Below, piece after piece: positions 26,002 to 37,788 of a stretch of 64,000 nucleotides of DNA (position 1 is the stretch's first letter; each line of letters starts with the position of its first letter). A program made the position numbers and the translations under genes. The stretch is from Alloascoidea hylecoeti. Its lineage: Eukaryota. Location: contig BCKZ01000027.1 of NCBI GenBank assembly GCA_001600815.1, forward strand, positions 1-64,000, in the 5' to 3' direction. The notes below the pieces were generated by a model, which had not been told where the DNA came from, made no database searches, and saw nothing but the letters and a program-made list of their open reading frames with translations.

Positions 26002-26418
26002 TTTTATACTTGTCCATTTCTCGAGATGTATGTTAATTAATCCTTAATTAAGATTAATCGGACAAATTAAAGAAGCTTTCATTAGCACACGTGGGGATGG
26101 CTTTTGGTGATAACCCACAACAACATTTAATAGAGATCTGGACATATCTAATTGAACTTCAACATGTACATGTACATGTACATTCTTGGAAAGAATAATG
26201 ACAAGTATAGAGTTGCTGAAACTAATGAGTCTACAGTTGTCGATCTTGAAAAGGAGCCAAAAAAAAAAACAGTTCCTGCACTCTTTTGGCACTTATATCG
26301 GGATCATTGTGATGGATAAATACGAAAGTTATAATTAGGGTTAACGATGCAGGGACCCAAGTAATTATATCCCACATTCAAAAAAAAAGCCAGTGAGACG
26401 AGCGATAAATGACACGTG
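26002..26418 (-). promoter_or_regulatory. Acid phosphatase promoter: TATA plus two Pho4-type E-boxes
   Basis: TATAAAA on minus strand 26002-26008; CACGTGGG at 26088-26095; CACGTGC at 26413-26419. Confidence 0.65.
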
Positions 26419-29400
26419 CACACATTACCTAGTTTCTTTTTTGTATTATATCTGTGGAGCTTGCAAAGTTCAAACTCGTCAACACCAAAATTCCCACTTC
26501 TGTATTCTGTGGTCAGCCCTGCTTTGATAAGAAGTAGATACAGGTAGGCCTAAATTTAATACTGAATATGCACCCAAATCAGAGTCGTGTATATTTAATA
26601 TCACTTGAAATTGTATCTCGACCGTGGTGTGTGATGGGGAAATAATGAGTGAGGTGTAACAAAAATAAATAATACCATCATTTCAATTGGATTCTAATCA
26701 TACGTTCATTGAGAATACCATTTGATTGGTAACGTAACAATTGAACTTAGGTGTGCATGCTGTACCATATTTTGGGGATATCTTTTGCACAACGCTAACC
26801 GAATTCTAAGAGACTGTAGACAGTGTAGAGTAAGCTTAAGATAAGTAATCCCATCAGTTTTAGCATACATTAATTTTGCTTTAAATCACTTGAAAATTTC
26901 CAAATTAATCTAAAATAAATTTAATAATGTATTAATTAACTGTTCATTGAGAATTAAGATTAAGTAATAAAATTGCTGTGATTTGTTTCATACACACACA
27001 TTATTACTATAGTCTCAATTTAACTCACCCCAAACTATGGCACAGCATGTATGTATTGGTATATCTTGGAGCGCTTAACTAATAAAAGGGTATGAAATAA
27101 AGTAGATACTACCGTCTTTTTAAATAGACTTTAAATACTCAGCTAAGAAAACTTACGAATTCGTTTATATAATCTCCTTAATACGGTATATTGTGATTGG
27201 TATAATTGGGCGGATATATTGGCATGCAGGTGGTGGATATAATCATGGACATACTATATATACTTTTATTTTCTATTTATGTAAACTGTTTGATAGATCA
27301 GATAAGACATATCCCCATAGTTTTGTCTCCTGGACACAACCTCTATTTTAAGAGGATTTTAAAGGTATAAAGTTATAAACGCTTACTATGAAAGGTTGTT
27401 TTTTTAGCTCCGATATCTTACCGTATTAAGTGAAGATTTTTATGAAGGTATTTTTGTGTTTAGTGTCAATAATTTCCTCTCCTTTTACTAATTGTCTCCG
27501 AGCCAACAAAAATTTAATTCGGCTTTGGTTGTGGAAATTAACCATATAAACCTATCTACTACCTAGTATGAGCTGCGCTACAGGTCTATGTAACTATATA
27601 CAATAGATGCTGTCAAACCCGAATTACGGACAACGGTGAAACTAAACATATAAACTACTATGGGTACAAAAATTGGTCCAAAAATTGAACATGTGTTCTG
27701 TGAAACAATTTCCCATCCTTGAACCATTAAACTGGTTGAAGTTTTCCAGAAAGAATTTCTGCGCTTGGAGGAAGAAATGGAATTACAGCTGGAGTTAAAT
27801 TCCAGTAATATGCATGCAACTGTATACATATTACGATATAAGGAAATATTTTACATGAATATATATACACTCATCTGTATAAGGTAAGTTTCATAGCCTT
27901 TACGCAGACAGATTACTCCTGATTAGAATAGCGACCTTATTTCTTAACCATTTGTGAAATCTGGAGGCCTAGCCATAGTTGAGATATCTAAAGATAGGGG
28001 TCAAAAAATTTGACAAAGAAAAATGACAAGATTAAATTTGCCATTTATCTACCTTTTTTTTGTCTTTAATATACAAATGAAGTGGTTGTGGTGATGTGAT
28101 CACATTTTGTGCAAGGGTTTTTTTTAATTTTCCTGGATGTCAAATAATTGTTAAACCTCAAGGAAAGAAATTGTATTGAAATGTTATAAAACTTTATATG
28201 GTGTCATGGATCTTACAGATTCGCGGTCGGTTTCTTTATTGATGACATATAATTAATTATAATCTATAGCTAGCAACGTTGTTCAATGGTCTGTCATATA
28301 AATTTATGGCTAATTATAATAATCATTTTAATTTAAGATATTTCAAGCTATTACCTGCAAGGGAAAAAGATTTTCAGTAGAGAATCCTTACGATATCTAT
28401 GAATTAATAATTTAATAGTAGACTAGTAGCGAATCTACTGGCGATTATAATTATAATTATAAACCTACATTTAGCTAGGGTATTAACTGTTCACATGTCT
28501 GAGATCGATATAAATATCGATACGATAGTAAGCATAGCTATCATGATATCAGCCATAGATTAATTAGGAATGAAAGGGTAAGATTCATATATTTCGATAA
28601 TGTATATTAGAGGAAAGTCTACTTATCTATATACTAATATATTTATTGAGTCTAAGCTAAGATGGGTCTAGGAATATCATCTTATGTCAATTTCTAAGAA
28701 TTTTGCCCTGTGTAGCTCATGTATCGATTCAATATACAATATATACACACATATAACATCTCTAATATCTATGTAACTTATTCAGGAAAGACGAAGATCA
28801 ATTCATGTGTTAGTTTGCAATAATTGACTAGTTATATATAATTATGTATAAGTTAAACCATGACCAATATTAATGATACGTACAACAAGAACAGAACTCA
28901 GGATTTGCAATCTCAAACAGTTACGTATATAACGATTAAAGAAGTTGAAATAAGATAAAAATTGTAGATTAATTAATTTCAAGAAGACCGTATATATATT
29001 ATAGCGATTGATTGAATGGGAAGTTAAAATGGTACCATGGCCATTTGGCTTAAGCTTAGTATACCCATGGTATAATACTTGAACTGCTAATTAAGCAAGT
29101 TAATTTACCATTTATGCGATTATTATACATAATTATTCGTTTATTTAACTCTTTAATAAATATACTTTTTCTATAGCTAGCTGGTTATATGTTACATTAA
29201 TAATTATAAGATGTGTCGTATTCCCAACTGCACCAAAAAGCTATATTACCCTTTGTCGACTGCTCAGAAGCTTAAGTGTAGATACCAGCAAGATATATTT
29301 AATAATAATGATGCTTATTTACGCTGGAAAGCGCTCACCTGTAACAAATTGATAATGTTAGCTTTATATATAATCTAGGACTAAGACTACACTAAGTACT

Positions 29401-29617
29401 AGTAGACTAGTCACTGGTGTAGATGATTCAGTCGTCGTCTCTTTAATATATAAATTTGGTATCAAATCCAATTTGAGCGTGTGTTGTATTATGCGTACTG
29501 AAGCCGTGTAGCAAAATAAAATTCAAACCTAAGGAATTTGAATAATAAAATGATCGTGAAATTTAAAATGCAAACTCAAGAATGTCTAAGGCGTTGATAA
29601 CACAATATAACTTGACC

Positions 29618-29722
29618 GAAAATGAAGAACTCTCTAGAATGTCTACAATCACGACTCTTCTTTATTATCAGCTTCAGCTGCAATATTAAAGATAATATAG
29701 TAGATTAAAGATTTCACTTGTA
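29618..29722 (+). repeat. Dispersed degenerate repeat, copy A (copy B at 52129-52225)
   Basis: Shared colinear blocks GAAAATGAAGAACTCTCT (18/18), ATCACGACTCTT (12/12) and AAAGATwTCACTTGTA. Confidence 0.75.
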
Positions 29723-29970
29723 CTAAACTTCATAAAAACATGAGCTTACGATAAAACTATACTATGATTAAGCGCTCGGGATGTTTTATATGTTTTGGCC
29801 TGGGTTTGAGTTTCCTATACTAGATTGACTTGGTGAACTCGTGGTTATTAAATTCAGAACTTTATAATCGATCAACTATATATATTCAAAATTGATTCAA
29901 CGACACAACATGTATAATATGTATGAGAAATAAGTATACCGTATGTATAATATTGCATATGCCAATATCG

Positions 29971-30206
29971 AATATCGGACGTGCCCATTTCGGAATTCGA
30001 AAGTAGATGGGATCGCGATCAATTAACCGGTACCCTTATAGTGCTTACAGTGCTTTACACTATAGCTATGTGCGCTATGGCTTATTAATAATGGTACGCT
30101 TGTACCGGCACAAAACAGTAAACTAGGTCGCTACAAAAGTACCGTACCAGTTAATTGATCGCGATCCCATCTACTTTCGAATTCCGAAATGGGCACGTCC
30201 GATATT
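29971..30206. repeat. Long inverted repeat IR1 (MITE-like or hairpin): 63-bp arms, 110-bp spacer
   Basis: 29971-30033 is the reverse complement of 30144-30206 with one mismatch. Confidence 0.95.
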
Positions 30207-30775
30207 GGTTTACAGTAAAAGTGCATAATATATATATACCACTTCAGGATACATGCGTCTATTGAATCTCAAGATTCTCTCAAGATTCTCTCGTATTTAT
30301 TTATGATAATGAAGACCCGTACGTCGCAATTGTACATGGAAGATCTATAGAAGAAATTATCTCCTTATAATTATTTATGACATATGCAGGCTTTATAATT
30401 ATGGCATACAAACTTTCTTACAAAGTGATGCTCGTAGACTGGTTTGAATTAATAATTACTATGAGGTAAAATTATTATGAGCTTCTGTATTTATAACTAC
30501 TCATAAGGTATATTAAATGACTGAAACTGAAGAAACTGAAGAAAAGAAAATTTCTCGAAGCATTGATTATCTTAAATAATATCTTTGGTTTGCTATAATT
30601 TCATCTTACACAGTTATAACCTCAAATAAATCTTTATCTATTGTCAACAAAGCTTATTCAATTTTCTCAAAATCATAATTCCTAATTCTTCAATAATTCC
30701 CAAAGACTCAAAAGTAACAAAGTAACAAAGTTATGCATATTACAAACGTTATAATTATACTGTATGCATTATACC

Positions 30776-31006
30776 AAAAAATTATTCTAGGATTACCACC
30801 AGATACGTATACCAACTATCTAATTGCTGCTACCTTTGTATTTCATCACTGTGAAGAAAAAATCAAGGAAATCTTGTTTCGAGGTAATGGAGTTTTTTTA
30901 TCTGAATATTGTTGGATCACATCTTTTTCACACTGATGAAATACAACGGTAGCAGCAATTAGATAGTTGGTATACGTATCTGGTGGTAATCCTAAAATAA
31001 TTTTTT
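30776..31006. repeat. Long inverted repeat IR2: 80-bp arms, 71-bp spacer
   Basis: 30776-30855 vs reverse complement of 30927-31006, three mismatches. Degenerate outer arms extend to about 30592 and 31188. Confidence 0.95.
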
Positions 31007-32263
31007 TAATGGACGCGACCAGTTTGCCTCGTTGATTTAGTGTGGTGGACAATGACCAACCGTCAGATGAATGAGTAAGATACTTTTTGTGTTGCCTTTT
31101 GGGAAGTGGTAAGCTTTGTTGACATAGTGATAGCGGTGGTGGATTTATTTGTAATAGCTCGGCCTCCATGTAATGATAAGAATATAGCGGTTTTATAGCT
31201 GAAGAATAACTTGTATTAGAAAGAGAGGGAAATCCTAAGAGCCGGGCAGCTATGATTTAAGTTTTGCAATTCTCGCTGAACACCTTTCACTTGCATCCCA
31301 TAGTTAAGGATTAGTCAATGGCAATTTACAGCTATATAATACAATATTGCAACTGGTATCACCCATAAATTTATATATTTTTTAATTCTAAACTTACAAA
31401 GGATATTTATTTTTAATATATTTCACCTCCAATTTGATTACAATCAATATACAGATATAATTAAATTTACTTATTAGCCTATTAAATCTTTTATTACTGT
31501 ATAGAAATATAGAATATATATATCGATCATATGTGTAGAATCTGTAGATTAACAGATATCTCACTATAATAATCATATGCATATGTATAACATAGCTGTG
31601 AAAGTTTTCCTTGAAAAAGACAAAAGTCGAATTAATATTGAGATACTTCTGCATATAATCTCTAGATATTAGATGGTTGTTTATATACAATATTATACAT
31701 ATTGATATTGAATTTATTTAGCTAGCGCTATTTCCATTTAAGTAGAAGTTTCCACTCAAATAGTGAATCTTTTCAATATCGGCATATCATTATAATTGAT
31801 TTCATGTTATAATTTAATTTACTAAAATGTGAGACATCCATTAATATTGTAAATGTAACATTTCTTAGTCAAGACTATAATTCAAAATCATGAGTTGTCA
31901 TAACTTAAGAACAAAATTAGGCAATGCTCATTAGCATTTATGGTGCTAGCTTTATAAATTAAGACTTATTACTGGTTATTATAATCCTGCTTCAAGAAAA
32001 TTTTATGTGATGTATATTTTACTGGTACCGGTGCATACACGCTAATTAAAGCTATTCACCCTAGTATTATTATCACTAATATGAGAAGTATTTTTAAAAT
32101 TTGAGAGTAATTCACATTTAAGACAGCTTAAGTTTTAATGTTATGCTTAAGACTGAAATGTTATAAATTCTTCAAATCCTCTACATTTACATATCTCTAC
32201 CCAAAATTATAACCCATTAGTTATTTGAGCTCACCATAACTTTATTCACTTCTTAATTTGATC

Positions 32264-33802
32264 ATGACTTCTTTAGCTCAATTACAAAAACATATTAGAA
32301 ACATATCGGGAGTTGAATGGTTCCATAATTGCATGGCACATAGGAACATTTTTTCCGGTGTTTGGTTAAGCGCAAGATATACACAAGAACTTGATAGAGG
32401 AATGTTAATACAAGCCTTAAAATTGATAATAAAGGAACAACCATGGCTCCTTGCAAACGTTTTTTATGATGTAAGGGGATCCAGGTCTACAACAAGTTGG
32501 GCACTAATTGATGAAATTGATCTCGATTCAATTGTTGAGTTTATTACAACTGATGATTATGTAAAAGATGATCCAAAAAGCCCTTTAAATGAGAAAATCA
32601 TACAACAAATTATAGGAGATGGATTAGGTTGTATGGCAAGAAAAAGAGATCGCGTTTTATGGAAAATAGCAGTTGTTAATAAAGTGGAAGTGGTCTTCTT
32701 TTGGGACCATGTATTAATGGATGGGAAAACTGCTTATTTTTTCCATGAATTATTACTAAAGTATATTAGAGAGCTGGGAGACTCAGATGAAAACACACAT
32801 ACTACAGAACACAATAATATTGTTCGAACTGTGGATATTGCAGCTGAAAAGGACATTGAATTACCTCCTAGTCCGGATGACATGATGACTTATAAACCAC
32901 ATTTTTTCTATTTACTTAATGTGTTAATTGTGCAATACCTTCCTCGATTTTTTTGGCCAAGAAATATACGAAATCAATGGAAAGTATTGGCGCCTTTTGA
33001 AACCAAACCAAAAGAAGTGCCAGAGGTTTTTCAATTTCCTAATAATCAAATTGGAGTAATTAACCTATCCTCAGAGGAGACATCCAATGTGATTAGTCTT
33101 TGTAAAGCCAATAATATAACAGTTACTACATACTTGAGTGTAATGATTACGGATTGCATCTCCCATTTTTCTGGTCAGAAAACAATTAGAATGAATATTG
33201 CTGCAGATACCAGAAGATCTATACCTAAAGATTCAAAATATTTGAATGGTAAGGATCCAAGCAAGATTTGGGGTTTTCTTGCGACAACTGTCGAAGGAAA
33301 TTATAATGATGAAAAGTCTACTTCAATGTGGGAGAAACTCAAAACTTTCAATCGAGAATTTGCTGAATTGGTTACTCCTCAAAACCTTATAAAAGAATCC
33401 TTTATTTCAATAATGGAAATTGTACCAAATATGTATAAATTTCTCACCGGTTGGTGTTATGCCAAAGCTATCAATCCAATGTTTTTTTCAAACCTTGGAT
33501 ATATGAAACCAGAATACAAAGAAGATTCAAAATATAATGTAGAAAGAATGACATTTATGACTTGCGCTAAAGGTGTAAGTTCAATAATAGATACAGTAAC
33601 GACAAACGTTAATAATTCTCCTCTATTAACTGTAACGGTTTCAGCTGCTAGAAATTTCTTACGAAGTTCCAACCAAAAGTCAATTGACAGTCTTTGTGAA
33701 GAAATAAGGGAAAGATTGTGCGATCCGGAAGATGACTTCGAGCCTGTTGAGGTACAGGAAGTTTTAATTGACACTGATGATGATAAGAAAAAGAATGACT
33801 AG
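32264..33802 (+). CDS. Alcohol acetyltransferase family protein (Atf/Sli1-like)
   Basis: ~512 aa from ATG 32264, with catalytic HxxxDG (DHVLMDG), NITVTTYL and FSNLG motifs. Confidence 0.88.
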   Translation: MTSLAQLQKHIRNISGVEWFHNCMAHRNIFSGVWLSARYTQELDRGMLIQALKLIIKEQPWLLANVFYDVRGSRSTTSWALIDEIDLDSIVEFITTDDYVKDDPKSPLNEKIIQQIIGDGLGCMARKRDRVLWKIAVVNKVEVVFFWDHVLMDGKTAYFFHELLLKYIRELGDSDENTHTTEHNNIVRTVDIAAEKDIELPPSPDDMMTYKPHFFYLLNVLIVQYLPRFFWPRNIRNQWKVLAPFETKPKEVPEVFQFPNNQIGVINLSSEETSNVISLCKANNITVTTYLSVMITDCISHFSGQKTIRMNIAADTRRSIPKDSKYLNGKDPSKIWGFLATTVEGNYNDEKSTSMWEKLKTFNREFAELVTPQNLIKESFISIMEIVPNMYKFLTGWCYAKAINPMFFSNLGYMKPEYKEDSKYNVERMTFMTCAKGVSSIIDTVTTNVNNSPLLTVTVSAARNFLRSSNQKSIDSLCEEIRERLCDPEDDFEPVEVQEVLIDTDDDKKKND

Positions 33803-35366
33803 ACACAGACGATTTAGTTTGCATTTGTATTATTCATAAATTGATTTTTATTGCTCAATACACACGAATAGTTACTCTCTTAACGCGTCGATATCGATAT
33901 TGAATAATACTCCTTGCTACATGTGTACATGTGCATGTGACAGTTATATATATTTTTTATTTTGATACGAATTGCTCTTATTAACATGAGACGATTTGAT
34001 TTTTCTGTAGTTTTTTATCTATCATATAATTACATAAGTTAAACAAGAAAATAACTTATCTGCTAATTCTCTAGATACAACCTCATTGAATCCAATATTA
34101 TATGGTTTCTGTGGATCTTGTGATTTCTGGTTCTTAAATATTAATTGATTTGATGAGAATTTAAAAGTCCATTTAATCTTGTTAAATGGCCGCAAGGTTT
34201 ATTTAAAATCATCATTTTTATTGAGAAAAATGACTACTTCGGGATCTTGTTTGGATTTGAATTCTTTTTCAGTGAGTAGATGTGAAATAAATTGAATATA
34301 AAGAATATGAAAAATATATATACAATATATATACATAGAGAAATGGCAGAGAAGTGGATTTGGTATGCATACTCCTTTTTTATTAACTATATAAGTTTAT
34401 ATGTAATTGTACTTTATAGAAAATCGATCCAAATAGTATGTATTAATCATTCATTGAGTATAAAATATTGTCTCGTACCATAATACATTGGTTTAATAGA
34501 TCTAGATCTTGAAGCTTTGACGGCCTGTAAGTTATACTTGTATTCCTAATACTTGAAATGCAAAAATAAAAGTAAAATAAAAGTTATATTTATATTTGTT
34601 AAAAGATGTCCATACCGGTTGGGAAGTTATAATTAATAAACAATTAAGGACCGATTGGTGATCTTAAAACGATATCATAACAACTGTAGGCCTATGGCTA
34701 ATTATAAAAAAACCAAAAACTAAAGAACTTGAGAAAGAAATCAAAGAAAAGCTATTCATATATTAAAAAAGACTTACCCCATTTCAGCTAAATCAATCTG
34801 GAGGATGTCAAATGATCCAAGTAAAAATATTTTTGCCGATGGTCATTCGTAGTTAAATTATTTCCCAATTTCACCATCAATATTAACGGTTTATTTGATT
34901 TTATTTCAGATAAGCTTAAAAGGTCGAAGACAAAGAATAGCAATAATGATAAGAGGAAGAAAAAGCGTATGTTTTGAGCTTAAGAGTTGACAATCTCATT
35001 GTTTCCTTCCGAAAGACCCATTGCCACGTGAGCACGGGAATGATATCGATTATATCAGCCCAAGATAATGAGAGTTTCTGTTCATAGTGAAATCCTTTCA
35101 GAATAGTGATAAGAAGAAAAATATAAAATTTGTTTCTGATTTGTTTGCAACTTTCATTGAAAAGGGAAAAATAACGGAGGTTTTGTTTATAACAATATAT
35201 TTTATTATTAATAACTTAAGTACGTTATAAGCCACCATATCTATAATTACATGTGCTCCCTCCAGCTTAGCCATAATATTCTTTTCCACTCTTTTCCTTT
35301 TTTCGTCATTTTTCCCATTTTTGGTAGTTCTACACATTTTAGTAAATATTAGCGAATGAATTTAAT

Positions 35367-37027
35367 ATGGTTTCTCAATTAAACTGGCCCATTATGGGAA
35401 TTTTGGTATGTTGTTATTATTATTCTTATGATATCGATCGGAGTACTAAAATTAAGACTAACTTTATTTATAGTTCCCTTCATTTTTAATCGCTTTCATC
35501 GGATATGGTTCACATTATTATATCTTTAAACCTCATTTAGCATTATATCAACAAATATGGTACGAATTTTGTATCACTATGACATGGATATCATATCTTA
35601 TTGTAATTTTCAGAGATCCAGGTTCAGCAATTGAACATTTTCAACCCAAAGAAAAAGAATGGAGGAGATGGTGTAAAAAATGTCAATCATATAAACCCGA
35701 GAGATCACATCACAGTAAGCAAATGGGTCGTTGTATTTTGAAAATGGATCATTATTGTGTTTGGACTTGTAATTGTATTGGTTTTAAAAATTTTCCTCAT
35801 TTCTTAAGACTTTTGGGATGGGTCGAATACACAACTACTTATACCTTTTATTATTTAGTCAATAGAGCTTATCACATTTATTATGATGAGGATGGTCATT
35901 CTGTTTCCATTCAAAAATCGGAAATATTGATGACTGTTATACTAATACCATTGGATTTCTTCCTAATGCTTTCAGTATTTATGATGCTCTTAAGAAATTG
36001 TTCAAATTTAATATCTGGTAAAACAACAATCGAACAATGGGAAGAAGATAGATTGACATCTCAATTTAGACATGGAATTATACAAAGAAAAATTAAACCT
36101 ATATTAGAACAATATTTATTGACAACATCGGCAACCATTAGACCTAGAATTGATTCAATTGAAGATGTTATATTTCCTTATGATATGACATATTGGGAAA
36201 ATTTAACAGATGCTTTAGGCCCATCATATACATGGGTTTTACCCTGGGGTGGACCTAAAGGTGATGGCTTAAGATTTAGAAAGAATCACTGGACTCATCC
36301 AGATATTGGGTTTGGTTTACCTTGGCCATTAGATCATCAAGATGAAGACCCACCATCAAACTATAGAGCTGATCCTGATTTTAAAATAAAACCAAGGCAC
36401 TTATTCACTAGATTGATTTCAAATCCTTCAAATTTAAACTCTGCACAGAATGGTGATCATTTAGATTCAACTTTCACTTCTAACAATAGCTATAGGAACT
36501 ATAGATCTAGGACTAGGTCTGGAAGTATCGATTCAGAAGGTGGAATTCAATTAATACATATTAATGGAAATGATAATACTAATGGTAATCAAAACTTAAC
36601 AAGTGTACCATTTATCGATAATCGAAGACCAGAAGATGAGTTCTGGAGACCTGAAATTTGGCAAAGTTATGATGGTGAAAATTTATCTGATTTTGGAGTT
36701 GATGATTCATCAGTAACAGAAGTTAATATTTATGAATCACCAGTACAACAAGAATTCTTTCATAATCTGAATTATACAAATAACAATAGAAGTGATAGTT
36801 TATCACCAATATCAATTAATTCAATTTCAAATCCCAACTCTAGACCTAATTCTACGGATGGATCGGAAGATGATGTTCCTTTAGGTTTATTATTACAAAG
36901 ATATGACAATACACCAAGAAAGTTTTTGAAAACATCTCTAAATGCATCAAAACAAAGACTTATTTCACAAATTGGTGATGATATACCTATTGGTTTAGTA
37001 ATTAACCGGAACCATTATCATACATAA
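35367..37027 (+). CDS. PFA4: Palmitoyltransferase Pfa4 (DHHC family, DHYC variant); 2 exons
   Basis: Exon 1 35367-35405 (MVSQLNWPIMGIL), intron 35406-35473 (GTATGT..GACTAAC..TAG), exon 2 FPSFLIAFIGYGSHY... Contains CKKCQSYKPERSHH, DHYC, TTIEQWE, FPYD and GENLSDFGVD. Syntenic with SIN3 as in S. cerevisiae. Confidence 0.92.
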
Positions 37028-37788
37028 CTATACAATAAGAAAATCACCCCACAAATCCTTTTTTATGCATTCTTTTAAAACAATCTTTCTTATATCCAAT
37101 TTCAGAATAACTTTACATACTATAGGAGTCAGTTTCATCTTTGTTTTCATTTAACTCAAGCTAAAATCCCAATTTTCATATAACTTTTACATCTATATAA
37201 TCCTTTCTACTCCATCTTTCTTATGTCCCATTTTAATATTATATATAATAGTTCACGAAGGAATTTGGAGAAATTCACTTTTTAACATTAACATTTCTAT
37301 GGGTGTAAACCAGTGTAAAAACTTCCAGCAAATGTAGTTAGTTTAATGTAAGGATTTTTTGGTATATCATGATTAATTTGGGATAGCTACTTGACAATTG
37401 TATATGTTTTCTTATGACTATTATAAAAAACCGTAAAATGCATGAGGTAAAGACCTATATCACGGCCAACTTCTGATGTTTTCGTTTAGGTATTGAGCCT
37501 ATTTTTTACTTGATTGCAATTGGGTTTAGGATAATTGCGGGAATATCTGTTCTCCGCTTTTTAATTCATAAATTTAAAGGCAAAATTGCAATGTATAGCA
37601 GATTTTTATTTACTTAAAACATAATAATATTAACAGAATAATACAACGCGTTCATACATTTATAAAAATGTTCAGCCGTTGAGCTCAAGTTAGCTAATAT
37701 AAAGATACCAATATAGATGAATAATTTAAAAAAAAAGTGATACAATGAGATAATAATAAAAACAATATGATAAAAAAAAAAATTTCAA

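Noticed and set aside
29971..31006. CRISPR-like or point-centromere (CDEI-II-III) interpretation
   Set aside because: Repeats are inverted pairs without a spacer array; no RTCACRTG / AT-rich / CCG arrangement found.
30733..31169. Two opposite-strand ORFs sharing KIILGLPPDTYTNYLIAAT
   Set aside because: A direct consequence of IR2; no evidence either is a gene.
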